Assembly (NCBI GenBank): GCA_013265495.1
Contig: MU058045.1
Span: 531,986-595,985, forward strand
Direction of reading: 5' to 3'
DNA: 64,000 bases
DNA from: Vicugna vicugna
Lineage: Eukaryota
In this document: piece by piece, positions 13,501-25,500 of the stretch
How the letters are laid out: every line of letters begins with the position of its first letter
Position numbering within the stretch: the stretch's first letter is position 1
The notes under the pieces: model-generated
Seen by the model: only the letters and a program-made list of their open reading frames with translations
Databases searched by the model: none
What the model was told of the DNA's origin: nothing
Position numbers and translations under genes: made by a program

Positions 13501-16500
13501 TTGCCAGGTGGCTTAGACTAAGGAACGAGGTGAAAGAGGGAGGATTGGCAAGAGAGCAATGAAAGTGGGCAAGGTCTGCGGAGAAGGAGGTAGGGAGGCA
13601 GGGAGGTAGGGAAAGGGGACAAGTAGGCAGGAAGAAAGACCAGGGGTTATGCCCTGAAGGCCCAATGGGATCAAAGAACTGGTAGACTGGAAGGACTTGA
13701 GTGCAGGTGGTGGAATCGGGGGAGGAAACTGGGCTCAGGAAGGAGCTGTCTGCTGTCTGCGTGGTTATCTCAGAGATGGTGGTGGAACATGAATTCCGCA
13801 GTGTGGCCGCTGGAATGAGGAGGAGGTCACTGGGTGGGAGGCGGCAAGGGACGCTCTGGATGTAGGCCACATATGCAGCTTAAATTTTCTCTTCTTTTTC
13901 AAAATTTTTTTTTATTTTTATTTGTTTGGGGCTTTTGGGGGGAGGGGGTAATTACGTTCATTTACTCATTCATTTAGTATTATTGTTTTTTTAATGGAAA
14001 TACTGGGGATTGAACCCAGGACCTTGTGAATGCCAAGCATGTGCTCTACTACTGAGCTATACCCTCCCCCACTCAATTATCTGGTATTGCGTTTAATTAA
14101 GGAAAAAGAAACTAGTGAAATTAATTTTAATATTCAGCCCAGTATTCCCCAAATATTATCATGCCAACATGGAATCATATAAAAAATTATCCACAGAGAG
14201 TTTTCCATTCTCTTTTTCATGCAAAGTCCTCTCTGCCTTCCATCTTTGTGTCTTTTTCTCTACTTTCTGAGGGATTTTTGTCAACTTTATCTTATATTTT
14301 TCTTTTGATTTTAAAATTTTCTGCTCTTGTTTTTAACTTTCAAGAGCTCTCATGGTGGCCCTATTATAGTATCTTGTTTCTGTTTCACAGATGCTCTTTT
14401 GTCTCTTATCTCTCTCCGAGGATGTTCTGTGTGGTTTTGTTGGTTTTTCTTTTTGGGGTGGGCCATCTCCTTTCTGCACGACCTCTGTCCCCTCTCATTC
14501 CCTTCTGGTGGCTTTTTTCTGTTTGTTTTGACTCCCACCTTCTGTGCTAGGAAAGACAAAGGCCAGTGTTCTGTGATCCTTGGTTGCCTGTCCATATTTA
14601 AGGGGCGGGGGGGGGGCTACATAGCTGATTGACTGCTGTGCTGAGCAGGAGTGGGGGCTTCTCAACTGGGAGCCTCACTGCAGGCTTGTCAGGGTGGGCT
14701 GCTTCCTGGGGACTCCTGAGGTCATCATCCTCAGGACTTTTAAATGTAGGCTGGTCAGAGGTCACAGAAAACCATCTTTCCAACCTTGTTCTGGAGGGTG
14801 TAGGTCCAGCTGCCAGAGTGCTGGTTTCTGGGTGGGAAAGGAAGGCTGGGGTGGGGGTGGAGGTCTTAACATCCAGTGTGTACATGTCACTCAATACCCC
14901 TGCTCTTAGAGCTCCTTCAGTTGGGCCTGGGGTCCCCAGTCCAAAGACCTTCTGTTTCTGTCCTGCCTCCCCAGACGAGAAGCCTTCAGTCTTACGCTGC
15001 AGTGATGGAGGGAACTTGCTTAACTCTGCAGAGTAGAGGAGGGGAGATGGGTTGAGCTGCTTCCTAAACTTTTGTGGTTTTTTTCACTTGTTTTTTAAAA
15101 ATTAAAACAAAAAAATTTTTAAGTTTCTTTTTTTTCTTTTTCTTCCTAGACTTTCAACTGTTCCTCCTGTTTCAGTCCCCCTGTCACCCATTTCCTGAGA
15201 TACTTGCAGACACCAGCCCCTGGGTCTTTTGAGAACCTTTGGGACTCCTCTTCTGCTCCTTATCCACCTACTTTCCGCGTTTACTTTTCTTCTACTGTTG
15301 TCTCCTTGTATTCGTGGGCTTATGCCTTAAACAAACGAACCCTCCTCCCTTTACTGTCATTTTAGTGGCTTGGGGAGGGGAGCAAGAATCCACGTACCCA
15401 GTCCGCCTTCTTTACCTGGAGGTTCTGCTTCGTTTCCTGCCGGTACCGCTTTGTCCCTTGCTGGTTCTGGTTTGTGCCCTGAGCAGTCCCTCTGCTGCTT
15501 GGCTTCTCTCCCTCCCCAAGGTCCCTGCTGATTCTCTTTGTGGAGATTGACTACTGGGAGCGGCTGCTGTTTGAGACACCCCATTACGTGGTGACCGTCG
15601 CTGAGCGTGCCGAGGACCTGCGCATTCTTCGCGAAAACCTGCTGCTTGTGGCTCGGGACTACAACAGGTGGGGCCCCAGTCCTGGCTGCAGCCCTCCTGA
15701 GTGCTACTTTATGTCCCTTCTTTGTCTTATCTGCCTCAGGATGTTGTGCATTGCCTGCAGTATGCATCCTTCACGGTTTGTCCATCTCAAGCAAACAAAA
15801 ATTCTTTCCTGTGCTTTCTCATTTGGCCCTACAGTTACTCCTGTCCTTTACAGTGTTGCCTTCTAGCTTTAGAATAGAGAGCAAAAACAACAGGTTCCTC
15901 TACACCCTGCGGGGCACCTGGACCATGTGTATTGTCCCCCAGATCACTTCTCTAGGATGGAAGCTAGGTGGCATTAGGATTACTGGCACAGAACAATGTA
16001 AGATTCACTGAACCGAGCAAGGCCACACTGGCACTGCTCTTAACACCCTTAGTACTCGTCTCTGGGGTGAGGCTTTTCTCTGGGTTGGGCACCTTTCTCA
16101 TCCCAGTTCAAGTCCAAGGGAGTGGGACCAGCAGTCTTGTTTGGGTGTCTAGAACTGTGGTGTCCAATATGGTAGCCACTAAGTGATGTGTCTATTTCAG
16201 TTTAAGTTCATTATTTGAAATTAAGTAAAATTAAAAAATTCAGTTACTCATTTCCACAGGCTGCATTTCAAGTACCCCACAGCCACTCGTGGCTAAGTGT
16301 CTACAAATACTGGGCAGCACAAATGGTAGAACTTTTCCATCATGGCAGAAAGTCTTATTGGAAACCACTAGCCTAAAGTCATGAACTTTCAGATTTCTCC
16401 AGCAAGTCTCCTCGTGTGGAGGAGAGGTCATCAGAGCTTGTCCCCATCTGCTGCTAGTCTTCTCTTACACGCAGGATTATTGCCATGCTGTCCCCAGATG

Positions 16501-19500
16501 AGCAGGCTCTATTCAAAGAACGTATCCGGTTCCTGGATAAGAAGATCCACCCTGGACTCAAGAAACTGCACTGGGCCTTGAAGGGGGCCAGTGCCTTCTT
16601 CATCACGGAATGCCGCATACACGCCAGCAAGGTGGGCCATGGTCATTAGACCCTAAAGGTCTGCAAGGCTGACCGAAAGGCTGGTGCATGGCCAATTAAT
16701 ATCTGAGTTTTGGGTAGTGATGGAGAGACCAGGGAGTAGTATGAAAAAAATAAAGTGTGCTTAGGGAAGAACTTTTTGTTTTAATGTCAGCAACTCTAGC
16801 TAGAGTACAGTTGGAAGGATAGAATTAGGTCCAGAGGATCTGTTCCCAAGCTGAAGCCCTCTCATGGGTGGGGGTCTGACTCCAGGTACAGGCGATTGTG
16901 AATGAGTTCAAGGCGTCCACTCTGACCATCGGCTGGCGAGCCCAAGAGATATCAGAGACACTGCTGGTGCGCATTAGTGGCAAACGGGTGTACAGGGACT
17001 TGGAATTTGAGGAGGACCAGAGAGAGCATCGGGCAGCTGTGCAGCAGAAATTGACAAGCCTGCACCAGGATGTGGTGGCCATCATGACCAACTCCTATGA
17101 AGTCTTCAAGAATGATGGCCCTGAGGTAGGGCAACTGTGGCCAGGGCTTTGTGGTTGGGCAAGTCCCCAGGCCCCCAATCCCATCAGACCCTTCTCTTCA
17201 TCTTTCCCCTTTTCCCTCAGTGTGTGCTTCTCAAACATCCCTCTCTAGTCTTGGATTCACCCAACCTTCAGTCTTTCAAATCTCCTTCCTTCAGGACTCA
17301 GTGTCCTGCCTTTCTATTGAACCAGCTTGTTCCCCTCCCTGTTGGCTGGTTCTCATTTCCCAGGACCTGGCCTGTCTTCCCTGAGGGGTTCTCTTTCCCC
17401 GCCACTTCTCCCACCAGATTCAGCAGCAGTGGATGCTGTACACAATTCGGCTGGACCGCATGATGGAAGATGCCCTGCGCCTGAATGTGAAGTGGTCACT
17501 GTTGGAACTGTCGAAGGCCATCAATGGGGATGGAAAGACCAGCCCCAACCCACTCTTCCGAGTCCTTGTCATTTTGAAGTATGACATGCAGGGAGGTGTG
17601 GCGCAGGTAGGGGCCACTTTGCCCCCAACACCCCAAAACCATCACACTTTATCCGCCAGTTTCTGTCAATCCTTAAACTTGGCCCTAGGCCTTGACTTTC
17701 TCCCATGGCCTCCAGGCCTGGTTCTGAGGTGTCCAGCCTTCCCAATCCTGAACTTGTCTCCTCCATAGCCTATGCTAAGCCCTCTCCACTGTGCTCCCAC
17801 AGGTGGAATTCTCACCCACTCTGCAGACCTTGGCCAGTGTGGTCAATGACATTGGCAGCCACCTCATCTCTACCATCTCTGTCTTCCGTCACCTCCCTGA
17901 AATTCTCATCAAGCGCAAGTTTCATCGTGACCCCATCCACACAATCGTAGGTAAGTGGGCAGTGGGAGGGCACCAGGTGCAGCGGGATCAGAGGCTTAGG
18001 GCTGGGCAGAGCTAGGAGACACCAGGGCTGTTTCCAGACATATTGGGCCAGTCGTCTCCCGTGACTGGAGAGAACCCAGGTCAAGGGGCTGGATTGGGGA
18101 AGGGAGAAAGGACACAGATGGGGGTCAAAATTAGGTGACTGATGCTCAAGGGGTTTGGGTTTTGGGGATGGGAGATCAGGAGGGACAAGTTTGGGACTGG
18201 GGCTGGGGATGTGAGAGGCCTAGATACCTACAGGTGAGACATCCAAATCCTACAGGATTTCCACCTCCTCCTTTATTTGCTGATGCTCATATTTGAGCCC
18301 TGTTTCTTTGGGGAGGTGATGTTGGTGGGGAGGGTCTGGGGCAGTGGCCAGGGGCCAGGCTGGAGTGCGGGTTGGAGTGGCAGTTAGTGAGAAGCATTTT
18401 TCTGGGTCTTGAAGAGCGAGATGAGGACATCAGGAAGATCCAGGCCCAGATCAGCAGCGGCATGAGCAACAACGCGGGCCTGCTGCAGAGCTACCTCAAG
18501 ACCTGGGACATGTACCGGGAGATCTGGGAGATCAACAAGGATTCTTTCATTCGTCGCTACCAGCGTCTCAACCCCCCTGTGTCTTCTTTTGATGCCGACA
18601 TTGCCCGGTAAGGGGTGAGGGTCTGTCTGGAAGAGGCACAGAATCTCAGGAGGAGGTCCAGCCTGGAGACTCGGGGGGTAGGCAGGTGGGGGAGTTGGGG
18701 GTCGAGGGAGGTATAGAGAACATGTCCTCAACTAGAGAAAAAGCACGGGACCTAGGGCATTGGACCTTTGTTTCTCAAGGGGTAGGAATCAGATAAGAGC
18801 TGGGCAGTGTTTAAGGAGAAGGCCGTTTTGTTGGGGATACCACAGGTCCTGCTAGGAGAGGAGAGACGTACGGCTCTGAAAGGCAAGAGAAGTGAACACT
18901 TTGATTTTAAGAACACAGATGGGGGTTAAACTGAAGAAGATTCTTAAATTCTGATCTGAACTCCCATCTCTGTCCTCTAGATGTTCATTCATTCATTCAA
19001 AAAATACCATAGTCTTACAGGCTGTGAGGAATTAAAAAAAAGAAATGAACAAGTGTTTGCTCCCGAGGGCTCAGTGTAGTAGGGCAGGTAGCAGTGTTGC
19101 TGGAAAGGCCGCAGTGGTGGTGTCTTGAGAACGGCTGAAATCCCAGCTCCACCGCTTACTCGCCGTGTAGCCTCAGGTTGGTCACTTACACTCCCCGGGC
19201 CTCAGTGTCCTGTGAAATAGATGTTATAGCACCGACCTTATAAGGCTGTGAGATTATTAAGTATATGTGGAAGTGCTTTGTAAACTCTAAAGCGCTGTGC
19301 TAACGTGCTCACTGTTACATGAGCTTCCATGTGATAAGTGCTATGATTAAGGCACACGAGGTGCCAGGGCAGTTGGAGGGAAGGAGAGAGAATTTCCGGT
19401 TCAGGGAGGGAAGGGAGGGCACGGAGTGACTTTGGGGCTGGGCTTTTCGGGATGAGTAGGATGGTGGCAGGCAGACACGGGCAGTGGGAGGGCACTGCAG

Positions 19501-22500
19501 GCAGGGACAAGAGCCCAGGGAAAGGCGTGAAGAAGGGACCTCATGAGCAGGTTCATGAAACAGCGAGTCTCTAGAAAGGAAGTCAGCGGAGGGATTAAGT
19601 ACAGCCGCAGACTTAACCCTCTCAACAACTGCGTGGGGTGGGTTCTGTTACCATCACCGTGTTATGCATGAGGAGACTGAGGCTCAGAACAGTTAAATTG
19701 CCTGCCTGAGGTCACAGAGCCAGTGGGCAGCACAGTGTGAACTCATCTCTGATCTCTGTGCCTCTAAAGCCTTGAACGCAGACCGAGGAGTCTGACTGCT
19801 CCATTGTAGGCAGCGATCTGGGAATGACCTGACCACAGCTGTGAGCCCCGGGGCAGGCTGAGGTGGGAGATACCCGGGAGCAGAAGAATGCTTTAGGGCT
19901 GCTGCCCAGGTGTGGGTGGGAGGAAATACCGCCCAGTCAGGGCAGGGGGCACGTCTGCAAAGAGAAAGATGTCCCAGCGCGGATGTGGGCCCTTCCAGCT
20001 ACACGGAGGTTGCAAATAACGTGCAGAAGGAGGAGACGGTCCTGAACATCCAGTTCGTGCTACTGGACTGCTCGCACCTCAAGTTCTCGCTGGTGCAGCA
20101 CTGCAACGAGTGGCAGAACAAGTTCACGACCCTGCTCAAGGAGATGGCGGCCAGGCGCCTCCTGGAGCTGCACAACTACCTGCAGGAGAACGCGGAGAAG
20201 TACGGGGCGGGCTCGGTCGAAGGCGTGGGGAGGGAAGGCCCGGGCCTTCCCGCTCACCCACTGGCTCCCTCTTCGCCCGCCTGTAGAATCAGCCGCCCTC
20301 CCCAGACACTGGAGGAACTAGGGGTCAGTTTGCAACTCATGGATACCCTGCAGCACGACCTGCCCAACCTGGAGGCCCAGATCCCTCCCATACACGAGCA
20401 ATTCGCCATTCTCGAGAAGTACGAAGTGCCAGTTCAGGACAGTGTGAGTTCCAGCGGTGCTTGGCCCCCCAGAGCCGGGCCCAAAGCAGCAGCAGGTTGT
20501 GGGGGAAACTGACAACCCCGATCGTAGCCCCCTGTGCTCTCAGGAGGGAGAGCAGAGAAGTAAGCTGGGGAGAAGGCACAAGATCCCAAAGCCTCTGAGA
20601 GCCAAAGCGAACTCTGATAATCTTTCGGGTCCGCTTACGGGTTTCTTTTAAGCCCAGCAACTGCTTGATTTCTTTGGGTCTCATTGCATGTAGAACTTGG
20701 CTGCAGATTCTGGTCTGAAGGATCAGAAAGAGTTCTTAGAAGCATGGATGGGACGGGCAGACTCCTGCTCGTGGCTGACCCTCCCCTGGGATGTCCCCAG
20801 GTGCTGGAGATGCTGGACAGTCTCAATGGGGAGTGGGTCACTTTCCAGCAAGTTCTGTTGGACAGTGAACAAATGCTGAAGAGACACAAGGAGAAATTCA
20901 AGACAGGCCTTATTCACTCAGCCGACGACTTCAAGAAGAAAGCCCATAATCTTCTGGAAGAATTTGAACTCCAAGGTACCCCTTTCTCAACCTCTCCTCC
21001 TCCTTTCCCTTTGTCTCGACCCAGACTTTCAAAGCCTAGGTCCTCGGGGAGATGCGGACAAGGGTGAACAGAGGAGACTGGTGCTGAGGAGGGGACAGAG
21101 CCTGTCAGCGACATCTGTCGTCGCTGATTCTTGGCTGGAAGGCAGCAGCCCGCGCTCACAACGTTTCCAGTGTTCTTAGACCCAGCTTCCCACTTCCCAC
21201 TCGTTTCTGATTCTCAAGCCATATTTAGTAGTTTTTGCCAAGATTAACCATCATTCTTCCGATGCATTCCCTCCTGTTTCCCTCTGTTGTGTGAGAAGAG
21301 AAGTGAGATTTATCTACAAAGAGGTTGGCTAGCCATGATGGCCCTTCAGGGGACCTTGGCTTTGGGTGGGAACCTGAGCTTCATCTTGGTCTTCCCACAG
21401 GCCCTTTCACCAGTAATGTGGGCCACCAGGCTGCACTAGAGCAGATCGCCCACGTGCAGGCCACGCTGAACGCCATGCGGGAGGAAGAAAACAACCTCCG
21501 GGTGAACTTGGGCATCTTCAAGATCGAGCAGCCAGTCTCCAAGGACCTGCAGAACCTGGAGAAGGTGGTGTGCTGAGCACGGGCCTCGTGGTGACCAAGA
21601 GAGGGGACGGGGGCAGGAGACTGGGTCCCAAGGGCCTGAAAAAACAGCCGGGACCAGGAGGATGGGTATGCAAGGAGCTTTTTTAAAAAGTGGAGGTAAA
21701 ACTCAGATAATGAAAGAGCCATTTTAAAGTGAACAGATCAGTGGCATTTAGTACATTCACAATACTGTGTAACCATCACCTCTAATTCTAAAACATTTTC
21801 ATCACCTCCTAAAGAAATCCTATACCCATTAGTAGTCACTCCTCATTCCCTCTCCCCTCAGCCCTTGTCAATGACTAATCTATTTTCTATGTACAGTTGA
21901 CCCTTGGACAGCACTGGATTTGAACTGCACAGGTCTAGTTATTCGCAGATTTATTTCAATGTTGTATTTCAATATAACAACATTACACAATCCATGGTTG
22001 GTTGAATCCGTGGGTGGGGAACCATGGATAAGGAGGAACTGCAGATACATAGGGCCAACTATAAGTTATACACAGATTTTTCAAGTGCATGGAAGGTTGG
22101 TGTTCCTAACCCTGGTGATTTTTAACGGTCAACTGTACATGGATTTTCCTATTCTAGACATTCCATATAAACGGAAGCAATGCAATATGTGTCAGTCTTC
22201 TTTCACTGCTCATAATACATTCAGGGATCACCCGTATTGTAGCACATGCCAGTATTGCATTCCTTTTTCTGGGTGAATAATATTCCATCTGTATGGATTT
22301 ACCACATTTTGTTTATCTATTAACCAGTCAATGGACATTTGGCTTGTTTCCACTTTTTAGCTATTGTAAGTAGTGCTGCTATGAATGTGTGTATAAGTCC
22401 CTGTTCCCAATTCTCGTGGGTATGTTCGTAGGAGTGGAATCACTGGATCGTATGGTAACTCTATGTTTAACTTGTTGAGGAACCTCCAAGCTATTTTCCA

Positions 22501-25500
22501 CAGCAGCTGCACCATTTTACACTCCCACTAGCAACGTACCAGGGTTTCTATTTCTCCACATCCTTGCCAACGCTTATTGCCTCCCCCCCTTTATTTTTGG
22601 TTCTAGCCAACATAGTGGGTGTGAAGTATCTCCTTGTGGTTTTGATTTGCATCCCTACTGACTAGCAGTGTTGAGGATCTCTTCATGCACTTGTTACTTG
22701 AGGAACTCTTAACGCAAGAGAATAGAGAAAAAAATAAAGTGAACTGAGGAGGTGGCTCTGTTACTGGGAGGGAAAAGCTTCTCAGAATGAGGGGAGCAAA
22801 GGCCCAGAGTGCTCGTCAGAGAGGAGGAGGGTCCCTTCACTTAACGCACCTTTCTGCTCTCGGCCACAAAGGAGCTGGATGCGCTGCAGCAAGTCTGGGA
22901 GATCACACGAGACTGGGAGGAAAACTGGAACCAGTGGAAGACCGGCTGGTTCCTGACCCTGCAGACGGAGGCCATGGAGACCATGGCCCACGGGCTGTTT
23001 CGCCGCCTCACCCGACTGGCCAAGGAGTATAAGGTGCATGAGGAAAGGGCGGGAGCCGCAGGTAAGGCGAGAGGGAAAGAGCATCAGGTCTTCTGATGCC
23101 TCCCACTTTTGCCCAGGACCGAAACTGGGAAATTATTGAAAACATTCGCTCAAAAATAGAGCAGTTCAAGCGGACCATGCCTCTCATCTCGGACCTGCGA
23201 AACCCTGCCCTTCGAGAGAGGTGAGGCTGCCCCTGGGCTCCTGGGGGCCACCCCCAGGCCTGTCTCTCAGTCGTCCTGTCCGTGGCATCCCTGGCGCTGT
23301 CTGCCCCTGTGTCCACCAATACACACCTGGAATGAAGACTTCCTCGGAGCCCGCACCATCCTCTGTGTCTCACATCATCCTGGGTTCTCCGGCCTTCTTG
23401 GCTCCTTCCCTCCCGTCTCCCCTCGCTTTATGTTGTCATGGCTAAGCTTTGAGTCTTCTTCTGTCCTACAAAAGTTGGCATTTTGTAGCCCTAAGTGTCA
23501 CTTATGTCCTTTAGTGTTTTTGCTTTTGTGCCTTGTTGAAGAAATCCTCCTAGACCCCGGAGTTAGAAATGCACTTTCTCCATCCTTTCTTCTCATACTT
23601 TATAATTTTGCTCTTCAAGTGTAGCCCTTTTACTGCATCTGGAATCCTTTACATGATGGAAGAGGCCTTTGAAACCATTGGGGCTAGAAGAAATTATTGT
23701 ATAAATGGTGTTTTAATAGTTATCTATTGATTTTGGAGTAAATAATTTTACTTCTTTTGCATTGCCTCAGTATAAATGTTTTTGGCAATGTTTTCACCAG
23801 TAAGTATTTTGTCATTAAGTATAACCTAACCTTTTTATTTGCTTAAGTTGTTTAACCTCTCTAAGCCTCAGTTTCTTCATCTGTGAATGGAATAACAGTA
23901 ATTCCTCATTTATACAGGGGTCATGAAAATGAAATGTTGCATGTAAAGCACTTGGCCCTGTGCATCATCTATAGTAAACCTGCAATACTCTATCTTAATT
24001 CCCTCCAGAGAATCAGCATCTCAGTCTCTGTATTCTCCACAGTGCCCAGGATTGTATCTTAGCGCCTACTTAGTAAATATCTGTTGGATGGTGAATTAAT
24101 AAATTTGTGGAGGGGAAGGGTATAGCTCAAAGTGGTAGAGTGCATGCTTAGCATGCATGAGGTCCTGGGTTCAATCCCCAGTACCTCCTCTAAAAAAATG
24201 TAAATAAACAAATAAACCTAATCACGCCCTAATTAATTAATTAATTAATTAATTAACTAAATCATAATATCCAAATGGAAGGAAGCCTGGGGAGTGTTGT
24301 TAATACTTTCCAGTGGGCCTGGGGGTTCCAGTCTTCTGATCGGACCTTTTGTCCCCGGCTACAGGCACTGGGATCAGGTCAGGAATGAGGTCCAACGGGA
24401 GTTTGATCAGGAATCTGAAAGCTTCACCTTGGAGCAGATTGTGCAGCTTGGGATGGATCAGCATGTAGAGAAAATTGGAGAGATCTCTGCCTCAGCAACC
24501 AAAGAGCTGGCTATAGAGTTGGTAGGACAGAGTCCTCTCCCATACTCCCCCATTTCCTAAGCTTCCTGGACTGAAGGCTTCCAGCTTTTCATCATTTAAT
24601 GCCCCTCCCCCCCAGCTCCTGTTACCCTTACAGACTAAATACCTGATTGCTCTGCCCCCAATTTCTTCCCACAGGGATTACAAAACATTGCCAAGACCTG
24701 GGATGTGATTCAGCTAGACATAGTACCCTACAAGGATAAGGGCCATCACCGACTCAGGTAGAGAGGGCCTTGGGGCTCCACATGACCAGGGCTGCAGAGT
24801 GGGGACTGAGGCTTGACAGGTGCGGCTGGACTATGATTTTGACACCTTTTACCCCAGAGGTACAGAAGAAGTGTTCCAGGCACTGGAAGATAACCAGGTG
24901 GTTCTGTCTACCATGAAGGCATCTCGTTTTGTTAAGGCCTTTGAGAAGGATGTGGATCACTGGGAACGCTGCCTCTCCCTCATTTTGGAAGTTATTGAGA
25001 TGGTGCTCACAGTGCAGCGTCAGTGGATGTACCTCGAGGTCAGGATTCACTGCCCAAGCTCTCCCTACATCCTGTTTTTACTCTTTTGTTTGCATAGGAT
25101 CTAGATTGTTTTCCTGTCATCAGCCTCATTCCTCCACCTCTAAAACCATTCTTCTTCTAGGACCTTAGCATCTGAACTCTCAGTTATTACCTCTCAGCTT
25201 TGACTTCCTGCTTGAAAAGCCTTTGTTCTTCTTCCATTTGTCTTCCTGGACCCATGCACCTGGACTCCCAACCCCAAGTTTCTTTCTGGAACTTGGGCAT
25301 CTTACCCTTCAGTTCTAATGCTCCTTATCTTCTCTTCAGTTCCTGGTCTGGGAGCAGGGATCAGGGTGCGAGAGTATGTGAGTAATAACCCCTTAACCCA
25401 ATTGTTGGCCCTTCAGAATATCTTTCTAGGAGAGGACATCCACAAGCAGCTGCCCAATGAATCAAGCTTATTTGACCAAGTCAATGGCAACTGGAAAGCC

